Assembly: GCA_044229415.1 (NCBI GenBank)
Contig: JBGATB010000077.1
Location: forward strand, 1 to 37,270
DNA: 37,270 nucleotides
Direction: 5' to 3'
Source: Myxococcaceae bacterium
GTDB taxonomy: Bacteria; Myxococcota; Myxococcia; Myxococcales; Myxococcaceae
The position numbers and the translations under genes were made by a program. Below, piece by piece: positions 9,464 to 18,953 of this stretch. The notes beneath the pieces are model-generated. The model did not search any database. It worked only from the letters and a program-made list of their open reading frames with translations, and was not told where the DNA came from. How positions within the stretch are numbered: position 1 is the first letter of the stretch; every line of letters starts with the position of its first letter.

Positions 9464-10885
9464 TCAGTCCCAGCAGGCGTTCTGGCACGTGGACGCGCAC
9501 GCGTAGGACGCGCACTCCGCCGGCGCCGAGCACCCAGCGCCCTCCGCCTTGAGCGCCACGCAGGTCGCGGCGGTGCCCGAGGTCTGGCAGAAGCCCTCGG
9601 CGCACGGGCGCGTGGTGCTCTGCGTGCAGCTCTCGCCGAGCAGCGCGAAGCTGGAGGTGCACTTCCCGTTCACGCAGGAGAGGAAGTTCTTGCACTCCGC
9701 GCTGTCCTGGCAGGCCGCGTCGGCGTCCTTGAAGGCCTCGCAGACCTGGTTCACGCAGCGCGTGCCGGCCTTGCAGGTCCCGTTGCCGCCGGGGCAGGGC
9801 TGGGTGGCATCCCGGCGAGCGGTGCAGACCTGCTGGGAGCAGTACTCGGTCTCCAGGCAGAAGGGCGCGGTCCCCACGCCGATGAAGGTTTCGCCGGTGC
9901 CGCAGAGCCCGCCCGCCCCGGCCTGGATCTTCGTGCACTTGTCCATCGCGTTCACCGTGGCGCAGGTCAGCTCCGCGCGGCCGCGGCCGCTGCGCTGGCA
10001 CTCGAAGCGCCCCTTCACGCACGGCTCACCCTCCAGCTTCGCCGGCGCGCACTTCGCCGAAAGCCCAACGCCGGTGAGGGTGCAGACCTTGCCGGGCCCG
10101 CAGGACTCGTTGTTCTGCACGTCCAGCGCGCTGCAGGGCTGGTCCACCGCGGTGTACGTGGCGCAGGCGCCCAGCGTGGTGCCGTCCGGCCCGGGGCAGT
10201 AGGACGTGGCCGGATCGCACTGCGCATCCCGGTTGCAGTTGCCGCTGGTCAGGTACGCGCTGCAGGTGCCGCACGCATTGCCGCCGGTGACGGTGCAGAA
10301 GCCCGCCTTGCACTCCTGGTCCTCCGTGCAGAGCGCCCCCGCGGCCACGGTGCCCTGGAGGAACTTGTCCGGGAAGTTGCTGCAGCGGGCGAGCACCTGG
10401 TTGAGATCTCTCGCGCAGGTCGCCGCGGGGAACGCAGCCTCCGCGCACTCGTTGTAGCGGCTGCGGTCCAGCGTGAGCCGCCCCAGGGAGATCCCCTGCG
10501 CGGCGATCACGCAGCCCTGATCCTTGAGGCGCGCCTCGCACCGGGCGCGCTCGCCGGCGGCGACCTGGTTGGTGTTGCCGCGCCCCTGCGTCACGTCGAA
10601 GGCCTCCAGCGCCTCGGAGTGGCAGCGGGCGAAGAAGTCGCACTCCCGGCGGGCGAGGTCATCGCAGTAGGTGACCGCCACCGCCCCGCCGTCCGCCGCC
10701 TCGCAGCGGCAATTCCAGCCGGCGTCGAGCTCGCAGACGTTCTTCGTCGTGGTGCCGGTGGGACAGGGCAGGCAGCTGTCCGGCCCGCAGATGAAGCCGC
10801 CGTCCTCGAGTTGGTTGGGGGGCCGGCCACCACAGTTACAGGCGGAGACGGCCAGCAGCGCGGCGGCGAAGAGCAGGTGCCTCAT
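9464..10885 (-). CDS. Cysteine-rich repeat lipoprotein (secreted)
   Basis: Start chosen at the internal ATG (MRHLLFAAALLAVSACNCGG lipoprotein signal) with a GGAGG RBS. The mature protein has ~50 Cys in recurring C-x-C, CxxxC and DQ-C modules. It resembles myxobacterial Cys-rich repeat proteins. Confidence 0.7.
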   Translation of the reverse strand: MRHLLFAAALLAVSACNCGGRPPNQLEDGGFICGPDSCLPCPTGTTTKNVCELDAGWNCRCEAADGGAVAVTYCDDLARRECDFFARCHSEALEAFDVTQGRGNTNQVAAGERARCEARLKDQGCVIAAQGISLGRLTLDRSRYNECAEAAFPAATCARDLNQVLARCSNFPDKFLQGTVAAGALCTEDQECKAGFCTVTGGNACGTCSAYLTSGNCNRDAQCDPATSYCPGPDGTTLGACATYTAVDQPCSALDVQNNESCGPGKVCTLTGVGLSAKCAPAKLEGEPCVKGRFECQRSGRGRAELTCATVNAMDKCTKIQAGAGGLCGTGETFIGVGTAPFCLETEYCSQQVCTARRDATQPCPGGNGTCKAGTRCVNQVCEAFKDADAACQDSAECKNFLSCVNGKCTSSFALLGESCTQSTTRPCAEGFCQTSGTAATCVALKAEGAGCSAPAECASYACASTCQNACWD

Positions 10886-10967
10886 GGGGGACCTCCAGGG
10901 AACCGACAGCCGCGCGAATTCTACGGGCAGCTCGCGCCGCGCCGAAGAAAAGGAACGGTGACTGCCC

Positions 10968-12122
10968 TCACGGAAACTTCGCCAGCACCTCGAGCAGCGC
11001 CGGCCCGTACAGCCGCAGCCGCTTCTCGCCGAGGTACGGCACCTGGCCAAGCGCCTCGAGCGAGCGGGGCGGGGTGGCGGAGAGCTCGGAGACCAGCCCG
11101 TTGGGGAGCACCACGGACGGGGTCACCTTCCGCTCCGTGGCCTTCTCCGCGCGGAACGCCTTGAGGGCCTCTTCGCGCTTCTTGCGGTTGGGATCTCGCG
11201 GCCCCTTGCCGTCGTCCGCGCGCTGCAGCTCGCCCTTCTCGGCGCGCTCCTGGGTGAGCTTGATGAAGGCCAGAATCTCCTCGCCGTGCTCGCGGACGAT
11301 CTGCCCGCGCACGCCCTGCGCCTTGGCCAGCTCCTTGGGCGTGGTTGGCGGCCGCGTGGCCACCGAGGCGATGGCGGCGTTGGAGAGCATCCGCCCCATG
11401 GGCACGTTGGCGGCCTCGGCCCAGACCAGCCGCAGCCGGTGCAGCTCCTGGGCGATCGCCTCGGCCACCAGCACCTGCTTGGCGGAGAGCCCGCCCTTGG
11501 GGAGCTTGGGGCGGAAGCCCTCCACGTCCGGGCGGGAGGCGGCCTCCTCGGCGAGCCGCTGACAGTCCAGCCGCACCTCCTCCAGGATGTCCGCGGCGGC
11601 GCAGGCCTCCTCCACCTTCCGGCCGATCTCGCTCAGGTAGCGGACGTCATTGGCGATGTAGTCCCGCATCCCCGGCGGGAGTGGGCGCAGCGAGAAGTCC
11701 GACTGCTGGTGCTCCTTGGCCAACGTGACGCCCAGGAGGTCTCTCGCCAGATCCGCCAGCCCCACCTTCTGCCAGCCGAGCAGGGTGGCGGCGCGGTGGG
11801 TATCGAACAGCCCGCGCACCCGCACGTCCGCCTCGGCCAGATATTGGAGGTCTCCGCCGGCCGCGTGGAAGACCTTGGTCTTCGCCGGATCCTCGAAGAG
11901 CGCCTTGAGCGCGCTGGGCTGGACGCCCGGACAGAGGGTGTCGAAGAGGAACACGTGCTCGTCCGTGCCCACCTGGACGAAGCAGACGCGCGCCCGGAAG
12001 GCGTGCATCGCGTCCGCCTCCACGTCCACCGCCAAGAGCGGGGCACCGGAGAGCCGGTCCACCGCCGCTGCCGCCTCGGCCGGAGAGGTTACGTCCGCCG
12101 CGCCTTCGGGATATGTCGCCAT
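10968..12122 (-). CDS. rnd: Ribonuclease D (DEDDy 3'-5' exonuclease plus HRDC domain)
   Basis: Exo motifs LAVDVEADAMHAF..., HAAGGDLQYL and YIANDVRYL. An HRDC-like region. A C-terminal Lys/Glu-rich extension. Confidence 0.85.
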   Translation of the reverse strand: MATYPEGAADVTSPAEAAAAVDRLSGAPLLAVDVEADAMHAFRARVCFVQVGTDEHVFLFDTLCPGVQPSALKALFEDPAKTKVFHAAGGDLQYLAEADVRVRGLFDTHRAATLLGWQKVGLADLARDLLGVTLAKEHQQSDFSLRPLPPGMRDYIANDVRYLSEIGRKVEEACAAADILEEVRLDCQRLAEEAASRPDVEGFRPKLPKGGLSAKQVLVAEAIAQELHRLRLVWAEAANVPMGRMLSNAAIASVATRPPTTPKELAKAQGVRGQIVREHGEEILAFIKLTQERAEKGELQRADDGKGPRDPNRKKREEALKAFRAEKATERKVTPSVVLPNGLVSELSATPPRSLEALGQVPYLGEKRLRLYGPALLEVLAKFP

Positions 12123-12162
12123 GCCAGGAGCGGCAACCTAGCGATAGGATGCCGGCGTTTCC

Positions 12163-12966
12163 ATGACTGAAGAAGAGCGGCTCGAAAAAGGCCTGCTGCA
12201 CCACGTGGGGCGCGCGATCGCCGACCACGCCTTGATCTCGGAGGGCGACCGGATCCTCGTCGCCTGCTCGGGCGGGAAGGACTCGTACACCCTGCTGCAC
12301 GTGCTGCAGTCCCTGCAGCGGCGGGCGAACGTGGGCTTCGAGTTGCTCGCGGTGAACCTGGACCAGGGCCACCCCGGCTTCCCCGGCCACCTGCTGGAGG
12401 ACCACTTCAAGTCCGTGGGCGTGCCGTACCGGATGCTCAAGCAGGACACCTACAGCATCGTCCTGGAGAAGCTGGAGCCCGGGAAGACGCAGTGCTCGCT
12501 CTGCTCCCGGCTGCGCCGCGGCATCCTCTACAACGCGGCGGTGGAGCTCGGGTGCAACAAGATCGCGCTGGGCCACCACCGGGACGATCTGATCGAAACG
12601 CTGATGCTCAACCTCTTCTTCGCGGGCTCGCTCGGCTCCATGCCGCCGCTGCTCAAGTCGGACGACGGGCGCAACACCGTCATCCGGCCGCTCTGCTACG
12701 CGCCGGAGAAGGAGATCGCCGCGTTCGCCGAGCTCAAGAGGTTCCCGATCATCCCCTGCGATCTGTGCGGCTCGCAGGAGAACCTGCAGCGCAAGAAGGT
12801 GAAGCGGCTGCTGGATGAGCTGGGCAAGGACATCCCCAACCTCCGGGGGAGCATCCTCGGGGCGATGGGCAACGTCCGCACCACGCACCTGCTGGATCGC
12901 GCGCTCGCCCGCGCACTGCACACCGCGTCCTCGCCGGAGGGGTCATGTCTCGAGAGCAGGCTCTGA
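12163..12966 (+). CDS. ttcA: tRNA 2-thiocytidine(32) synthetase TtcA (PP-loop ATPase)
   Basis: PP-loop ACSGGKDS. Cys motifs [10 protein letters not shown] and CDLCGSQ. Confidence 0.9.
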   Translation: MTEEERLEKGLLHHVGRAIADHALISEGDRILVACSGGKDSYTLLHVLQSLQRRANVGFELLAVNLDQGHPGFPGHLLEDHFKSVGVPYRMLKQDTYSIVLEKLEPGKTQCSLCSRLRRGILYNAAVELGCNKIALGHHRDDLIETLMLNLFFAGSLGSMPPLLKSDDGRNTVIRPLCYAPEKEIAAFAELKRFPIIPCDLCGSQENLQRKKVKRLLDELGKDIPNLRGSILGAMGNVRTTHLLDRALARALHTASSPEGSCLESRL

Positions 12967-13769
12967 GCGTTCGCAAGCAGCGCAACGCCGCGTTGATCGA
13001 AGCGATGATGCTGGCCGCCAGCGCGGACGGGAAGGTGAGCGAGCAGGAGCTCCAGACGGTCCTGCGCCGGGTGATCGAGCGCCCCGAGTTCGAAGGCACC
13101 CGCCCCGAAGAGCTCAACGCCATGGTCGAGGAGTCGGTGCGGCGGCTGGCCCACGCCAAGAGCCTGGAGACGGTCCTCCAGTCCCTGCGCGAGCGGCTGC
13201 CGGACCACCGCAACCGGATGCTCGCCTTCGGCCTCTCCGCCGCGGTGGCCTTCGCGGACCACCGCGCCACCCGCGCCGAGCTCGGGCTGCTCAAGACCTT
13301 CCAGGCCGCGCTCGGCATCTCCGAGGACGAGGTGGCGCAGATCATCTCGGTCATCGAGCAGAGGGGCTCGCTCGCCGAGGCGCTGGGCGAGCCGCTCGAG
13401 CAGCTCTACGCGGAGGTGATGGTGCTCGTCACCGCCGCGGACGGGAAGGTGAAGGAGGCGGAGGCGCTGGCCCTGGTGGAGAGCCTGGTGGCGGATCCGC
13501 TCTTCCAGAACGTCAGCCCCGAGCGGGCGCAGTCCTTCATCTCCGCTGCCGTCACCGCGCTGGCCACCGAAGGGCTCCCCAAGCGGGTCTCGGTGCTCGC
13601 CCACGGACTGGCCAGCCACGCGCAGCGGACCAAGGCGTTCCGGCTGGCCATGAAGATCGCCCGCGCGCCCGGAAAGATCGGCGAGGGGGAGCAGCGCGTG
13701 CTGGATCTCCTCCAGGCCACCTTCGGCCTCGCGGACGACGAAGTGCAGCGCATCCGCGCCGGGACCTGA
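12945..13769 (+). CDS. TerB-like tandem-domain protein (tellurite resistance TerB / DjlA N-terminal family)
   Basis: Two internal repeats with the TerB-type motif ([12 protein letters not shown] / [12 protein letters not shown]). GGAGGGG RBS. Overlaps the ttcA end by 22 nt. Confidence 0.6.
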   Translation: MSREQALSVRKQRNAALIEAMMLAASADGKVSEQELQTVLRRVIERPEFEGTRPEELNAMVEESVRRLAHAKSLETVLQSLRERLPDHRNRMLAFGLSAAVAFADHRATRAELGLLKTFQAALGISEDEVAQIISVIEQRGSLAEALGEPLEQLYAEVMVLVTAADGKVKEAEALALVESLVADPLFQNVSPERAQSFISAAVTALATEGLPKRVSVLAHGLASHAQRTKAFRLAMKIARAPGKIGEGEQRVLDLLQATFGLADDEVQRIRAGT

Positions 13770-13830
13770 CCCGACCCGAAGTGACCGCGGGGGTCGAAGC
13801 GGAGTAGGGTCCCTCACCCTGCCGAACCTC

Positions 13831-14646
13831 ATGGACGTCTCTCCCCAGCGCTCCCGGTACAGCTTCCGCTTCGGACTCCCCTCGTCGCTCGGGTTGGCGG
13901 AGGCCTCGCGCGTCCAGGTGCCCCGGCTGGAGACGCACCTGCGCCGCACCCTGGGCAAGCTGGTGGAGGTCCAGGTCGCGCCCTCGTACGACTTGCTGGC
14001 CAAGGAGCTGCTCTCCGGGAAGCTGGACGCCGCCTGGGCGCCCCCCTTCGTCTGCGCGCGGGTGGAGGCCATGGGGGTGAAGATCCTCACGCGCGGCATC
14101 CGCCGCGGCACCTCCTCCTACCGCGCCGCGCTGCTGTGCCGCGCCAGCGCGCCGCTGCAGCTCTCGGAGCTCTCCGGCCTCACCGCGCTCTGGGTGGACC
14201 AGGACTCCGTGGCCGGCTACCTGCTGCCGATGGCGTTCCTCAAGGGGCGCGGCGTGGATCCGCAGCGCGCCTTCTTCGCCCAGCAGTTCGCCGGCTCCTA
14301 CCGCGCCGCGCTCGAGGGCGTGCTCAACGGCAAGGCGGACGTCACCAGCGTCTTCGCCCCGGTCTCGGACCAGCCAGATCATCCGCCCATCTCCCAGGTG
14401 CTCCCCGGCCGCGAGCACGAGCTCGCCGTGATCGCCTACACCGACGAGGCCCCCAACGACGGCGTGGCGGTCTCCATGTCCACCCCGCCCCCGGTGGCGG
14501 AGGCGCTGCAGAACGCGCTGCTCGAGCTCCCCTCCAGCGAGGAGGGGCAGGCCCTGCTCAAGGACGTCTTCAACGCCGAGCGCTTCGAGCCCGCGCCGCG
14601 CATGGGCTACCGCGCGCTCTACCGCGTGGCCCTGGCCAGCCTCTAG
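13831..14646 (+). CDS. PhnD/SsuA-like type 2 periplasmic-binding-fold protein (phosphonate ABC substrate-binding family) without an obvious signal peptide
   Basis: LGKLVEVQVAPSYDLLAKELLSGKLDAAWAPPF...TRGIRRGTSSYRAALLCRA is typical of PhnD. The N-terminus MDVSPQRSRYSFRFGL lacks a hydrophobic signal. Confidence 0.6.
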   Translation: MDVSPQRSRYSFRFGLPSSLGLAEASRVQVPRLETHLRRTLGKLVEVQVAPSYDLLAKELLSGKLDAAWAPPFVCARVEAMGVKILTRGIRRGTSSYRAALLCRASAPLQLSELSGLTALWVDQDSVAGYLLPMAFLKGRGVDPQRAFFAQQFAGSYRAALEGVLNGKADVTSVFAPVSDQPDHPPISQVLPGREHELAVIAYTDEAPNDGVAVSMSTPPPVAEALQNALLELPSSEEGQALLKDVFNAERFEPAPRMGYRALYRVALASL

Positions 14647-17441
14647 AGGCGGTGCTCCGCCACCCAGCGCTCGGCCACCTTCACGTCCTGCGCGTGGCGG
14701 TTGCCCAGCGCGTGGTAGCGCTCCAGCACGGACTTGCCGAGCGAGACCGCCGCCGCCTTCTGGGCGAGCGCCCACCGCGCCTGCGCCTCATTGAGGTCCA
14801 GCGTGGCCCGCTCCCACTCCAGCGCCGGGTTCTGCTCGAAGAGCCGCCGCCCGCGGGTGAGCGCCTCCAGCGCCTGGCCCGGCTGGTGGCGCGCCAGCTC
14901 TCCGCGCGCCACCTGCAGCAGCGTGAAGCCCAGGTCCGGGTGCTCCTTGCCCAGGAGCGTCTCCTGGAGGGCCAGCCCGCGCGCGAGCTGCTGCCGCCCT
15001 TCCTCGAACCGGCCGGCATCCAGCAGCGCGCCGCCGTAGGTGACGTACGCCTGGGCCGTCTTGCGGCTCTGCTCGCCGGCGGCCTCGCGGCTGAGCTCCA
15101 GGTTCTTCGCGTAGCTCTCCAGCGCCTCGGCGGTGCGTCCCAGGTGCAGCAGCGCGTTGCCGCGCACCAGGAGCAGCTCCGCGTAGAGCAGGCTCCGGGG
15201 GCCGAAGTAGCGCTGCGCCGCCGCGTCCACCGCCGTCAGGCGCGCCAGCGCCTCGCCAGGGCGTCCCCAGAGGTCCAGGCACGAGGCCAGGTGCAGCTCC
15301 ACGTTGGTTCCCTCGCGGGTGTCCTTCGTCCCCCAGAGCCGCTCGTGGCCGGCCCCCGCGCGCTGGTACTCGGCGAAGGCCTCCGCGTAGCGCCCCTGCT
15401 GCTCGCGGTAGAGCCCCACGTTCAGCCGCATCGCGGGCAGCTCGAGGTAGGCGTCGCCGAAGGTCTTCTCCGCCAGGGCGATTCCTTCGAGCGTGCGCGC
15501 GGCGGCCTCCTCGTAGCGGCCGAGGCCTGCGAGGACCAACGCGCTGTTCATCAGTGGGTGGGTGGCCTCGAGTAGGCGGTCCTCGGAGGAGCGGCTCCAG
15601 GCGGCCGAGGAGCGCGCGTACGCCGCCAGCGCCTGCTCCGGCTTCTGCTCGTCCGCGAGGACCAAACCCTGGACGAGCTCGGCGCGGCCGAGCGTGGCCG
15701 GATCTCCCAGCTGCTGCGCGAGCGCGAGCAGCACCTGGGCGTTTGAGCTCCCCTGCGCCTTCTCTCCCTGCTGCACCTGGAGGAAGGCCAGCACGCCCAG
15801 CGCGCCGGCGCGGGCGAGCGGATCTCCCGCGCGCTCGGCCGCGAGCACGCCCTCGAACGCGCTCTCCAAGCCCTGGGCGCGATCCCCCCGGGTGAACCGC
15901 AGCCGCCCGAGCATCGGCAGCACCTCGGCCAGCAGCGGGTCGTGCTGGGCGCGCCGCGCCTCCAGCGCGACCTTCTCCACGGCCTCGGTCGCCTCGGCGA
16001 GCCGGCCGGCGTAGCGCAGGGCCCGTGCCCGGCCGAGCTGCCCGTAGAGCCCCTGGAGCAGGGCGCGCTGCGCTGGATCCACCGCCGCGCCCTGACCCAT
16101 GGCGGAGGTGGCGCGCTCGCAGCGCGAGAGCGAGACGAGCCCCGCCGCGGCCGTGGGCGCCCGCAGGGCGGAGCTGCGGTCCACTGCGCGCAGCACGTCC
16201 ACCAGCTGGCGCAGCTCCTCCCGGCGCAGCTCCAGGCAGGTGCGCTTGGCCTCCATCACCGCCCGCGGCTGGACCTGCCGGACCTGGGTCGCCTCGCAGC
16301 TCTCCTTCTCCACCGCGAGCCAGCGGCGCGCGTAGGCGTCGAGGCTGGCCGCGGTGCGCTCCCACGCGGCCATCGCCCCCGCCGCGCCGAGCGCCGAGAA
16401 GCGCTTGCCCAGCTCCGCCCGGGTGGCCTCGCTCCAGACGCTGGCGAGCTCCTCGCCGTTGTCGCAGACGTGCGCCCGCTGCCAGAGCGCGCGTCCGCCC
16501 AGGCCGAGCGCGGCGCACAGCCCCGCAGCCACGGCGAGCGCCCGCCAGGGACCCCGGCGCGCGCGGGGCGGCCGCAGCTCCGCCAGGAGCGCGCCCATCG
16601 TGGGGTAGCGATCCTCCGGTGCCTCGGCCAGGCCGCGGGCGATCACCTGGGCCAGGTGCGGCGGTATCGGCCGCGGCAGCGCCTCCTCCAGGGCGACGCA
16701 GAAGCTGTACTGGTCCGAGGCCTCGGTGGCGCTCTGGCGGGCGCGCTGCTCCGGGGACATGTAGCGGGGCGTGCCGGCCAGCTCGCCCGCGGCAGCGCCG
16801 TGCCCCTGGGTCCGCGCGAGCCCGAAGTCGGTCACGCGGACGCGGCCATCGTCCCCCACCATCACGTTGTCCGGCTTGAAGTCCCGGTGCACCACGCCCG
16901 CCGCGTGGGCCGCCATCAGCCCCAGCCCAGCCTGCTCGAAGACGGGGAGCAGCTCCTCCAGCGGGCGCGGGGTGGCCAGCCACTGTGCGAGCGTGGCGCC
17001 GCTGACGTACTCCATGGCGAGGAAGACGCGGCGCCCCTCGCGCCCCACGTCGTGCACGGAGACCACGTGCGGGTGGGCCAGCCGGGCCAGCGCCTGCGCC
17101 TCCGCGAGGAGCGTGGCCTGGGCTGCTTCATCCTGCGTGTCGAGCAGCTTGAGCGCCACCTGGCGGCCCAGCTCCGGATCGTACGCGGCGTAGACGGTGC
17201 CCATCCCGCCTTGCCCCACGGGGTGGAGCACCAGGTAGCGCCCCACGCTCTGCCCCCGGCCGTACGCGGGCGCCTCCGCGGGCGCGGTGGCTGGCTCGAG
17301 CAGGGAGGTGCGGGCGAGCTCCGAGAGCAGCTGCCGGCACGGCGGGCACTGCGCGAGGTGATCTCCGAGCGAGGCGGCGAAGGAGGGCGAGGCGGTGCCC
17401 CGCAGCAGTTGCAGCGTCTCGTCCGGGTCCAGGCAGGGCAC
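14643..17441 (-). CDS. Transmembrane Ser/Thr protein kinase with N-terminal zf-HC2 anti-sigma-like motif and large periplasmic TPR domain
   Basis: CPPCRQ zinc-finger motif at the N-terminus. Hanks kinase motifs GQGGMGTVY, VALKLL, HRDFKPDNVMV, DFGLA and SPEQ. A TM segment (WRALAVAAGLCAALGLGG). The C-terminal ~600 aa is TPR-like. GTG start with a GAGGA RBS. Confidence 0.9.
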   Translation of the reverse strand: MPCLDPDETLQLLRGTASPSFAASLGDHLAQCPPCRQLLSELARTSLLEPATAPAEAPAYGRGQSVGRYLVLHPVGQGGMGTVYAAYDPELGRQVALKLLDTQDEAAQATLLAEAQALARLAHPHVVSVHDVGREGRRVFLAMEYVSGATLAQWLATPRPLEELLPVFEQAGLGLMAAHAAGVVHRDFKPDNVMVGDDGRVRVTDFGLARTQGHGAAAGELAGTPRYMSPEQRARQSATEASDQYSFCVALEEALPRPIPPHLAQVIARGLAEAPEDRYPTMGALLAELRPPRARRGPWRALAVAAGLCAALGLGGRALWQRAHVCDNGEELASVWSEATRAELGKRFSALGAAGAMAAWERTAASLDAYARRWLAVEKESCEATQVRQVQPRAVMEAKRTCLELRREELRQLVDVLRAVDRSSALRAPTAAAGLVSLSRCERATSAMGQGAAVDPAQRALLQGLYGQLGRARALRYAGRLAEATEAVEKVALEARRAQHDPLLAEVLPMLGRLRFTRGDRAQGLESAFEGVLAAERAGDPLARAGALGVLAFLQVQQGEKAQGSSNAQVLLALAQQLGDPATLGRAELVQGLVLADEQKPEQALAAYARSSAAWSRSSEDRLLEATHPLMNSALVLAGLGRYEEAAARTLEGIALAEKTFGDAYLELPAMRLNVGLYREQQGRYAEAFAEYQRAGAGHERLWGTKDTREGTNVELHLASCLDLWGRPGEALARLTAVDAAAQRYFGPRSLLYAELLLVRGNALLHLGRTAEALESYAKNLELSREAAGEQSRKTAQAYVTYGGALLDAGRFEEGRQQLARGLALQETLLGKEHPDLGFTLLQVARGELARHQPGQALEALTRGRRLFEQNPALEWERATLDLNEAQARWALAQKAAAVSLGKSVLERYHALGNRHAQDVKVAERWVAEHRL

Positions 17442-17483
17442 GTTTTTGTTCCTCGGAGGGGTTTGGTACGTACCTCAGCTCGC

Positions 17484-18269
17484 ATGGACCCGGGTAGCCG
17501 CGACAGGGCGCAGGAGGCCGCCGCCCGCTGGCCGCAGGTACGGCTCGACGAGGCGTTGCGCGAGCTGCTCGTCGCGCGGCTCGAGGCGGCGGGGGCGGAC
17601 GCGAAGGCGGCGGACCTCCTCTTGGCGCTGGCGGCGGCGCGGGGAGACGCGGCGGCGCTGCGCGAGCTGGAGGCGCTCCTGGCGGTCCAGGTGGACCACT
17701 TCGGCCGGGGTGGCGGGCTGCACGCGGCGGACAGGGACGAGCTGCGGCAGCGGGTGCGGGAGCAGCTCTTGATGGGCAGCGGCGGCAGCGGGCCCGGGCT
17801 CAACGGCTACTCCGGCCGCGGGGAGCTGGGGGCGTGGCTGCGGGTGGTGGTGGTCCGCGAGGGGCTCCGGCTGCGGCGCGGCGCCCGGCGGGAGGAGGCC
17901 ACGGACGAGGCGGAGCTGGAGGACGTGCTCCCGCCCACCGGAGATCCGGAGCTGGCCTACCTCAAGCAGCTCTACCGCGAGGCGTTCGATGGCGCGCTCC
18001 GCGAGGCGCTGGCGGAGCTGCCGGCGAAGGACCGGCTGGTGCTGGCGCAGCACTTCGTGGACGGGCTGTCCATCGATCGGATCGGCGCGCTCCACCAGGC
18101 GCACCGGGCCACGGCGGCGCGGTGGATCGCCCATGCCCGCGCGCAGCTCTTCACCCGGACGCGGTGGATCCTCATGACCCGCCTGGGGTTGGACCGCGCG
18201 GAGGTGGAGAGCCTCCTGCGGCTGGTGAAGAGCCAGCTGTCGATCAGCCTGCGGGCGCTCCAAAAATAG
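17484..18269 (+). CDS. Sigma-70 family (ECF-like) RNA polymerase sigma factor
   Basis: The C-terminus has a sigma region-4 HTH (LPAKDRLVLAQHFVDGLSIDRIGALHQAHRATAARWIAHARAQL). It is divergent from the STK gene with 42 bp between starts. The N-terminal sigma2 region is atypical. Confidence 0.65.
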   Translation: MDPGSRDRAQEAAARWPQVRLDEALRELLVARLEAAGADAKAADLLLALAAARGDAAALRELEALLAVQVDHFGRGGGLHAADRDELRQRVREQLLMGSGGSGPGLNGYSGRGELGAWLRVVVVREGLRLRRGARREEATDEAELEDVLPPTGDPELAYLKQLYREAFDGALREALAELPAKDRLVLAQHFVDGLSIDRIGALHQAHRATAARWIAHARAQLFTRTRWILMTRLGLDRAEVESLLRLVKSQLSISLRALQK

Positions 18270-18344
18270 TTCGCGACATCCGGCGGCGACCTTCCACACC
18301 CAGGTGAGGCCCGGCTCTTCGGGCGCGCATCAAGGAGGAATGTC

Positions 18345-18953
18345 GTGGAGCTTCGGATTCTTACGGGCCTGGGCCTGCTCGCGGTGGTCGGCTGCGTCAA
18401 CAACGTGATCTCCGCGCCGGTGCCGAGCGCCCCGACCAAGGAGGTCGCGAAGAAGGCAGACCGCGAGGCGGTGCTCGGCGTGGCCAGCGCGGCCCGCACC
18501 GGCGCCCCCGTGCCCAACTCCACGCCGGCCGGCAACGTCACCAACATCACCGTGAACAACGTGAACGTCTTCAACCTCCCGGCGAGCCAGCCCGCGGTCA
18601 CCGTGAAGGGGGACTACAACGGGGACGGCAAGCAGGAGAACGCGACGTGCGTCTACGACGACGCGTCCCAGCGGACGATCCTCTACTGGACCGAGCCCTA
18701 CACCGCGGACTTCAACCACGACGGCACCATCGACTGCGAGGACACCGGCGGAGGAATCGTCGTGGAGATCGCCGCGGACGACACGTACACGGTGACGCTG
18801 ATCGGCCGCTGCGGCGAAGGCGCCGAGGCGAGCGACGTGCTCTTCCGCTGCGACTACTCCGCCGCCGGGGTGTGTCAGGGCTGCGGCGCCTGCGAGCTCG
18901 GCATCTCCGGCGGCGCGCTGACCTGTGACGACGTGGACGCGGTGTGCCCGTGA
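18345..18953 (+). CDS. Hypothetical lipoprotein
   Basis: GTG start 5 nt after AAGGAGGA. Signal and lipobox MELRILTGLGLLAVVGC. 76 nt downstream of the sigma factor gene. Confidence 0.6.
   Translation: MELRILTGLGLLAVVGCVNNVISAPVPSAPTKEVAKKADREAVLGVASAARTGAPVPNSTPAGNVTNITVNNVNVFNLPASQPAVTVKGDYNGDGKQENATCVYDDASQRTILYWTEPYTADFNHDGTIDCEDTGGGIVVEIAADDTYTVTLIGRCGEGAEASDVLFRCDYSAAGVCQGCGACELGISGGALTCDDVDAVCP

Noticed and set aside
14788-16983. 731-aa minus-strand ORF and the many Arg/Pro/Ala-rich ORFs across 14.6-18.3 kb
   Set aside because: They are alternative frames of the Ser/Thr kinase and sigma genes. Compositionally biased products such as RPRRAG runs are the GC-frame artefact signature.
15942-17483. 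Long N-terminal extension of the sigma factor ORF (15942..18269)
   Set aside because: The extension is entirely antisense to the kinase gene. The first ATG after the kinase start (17484) gives a sensibly sized sigma protein.
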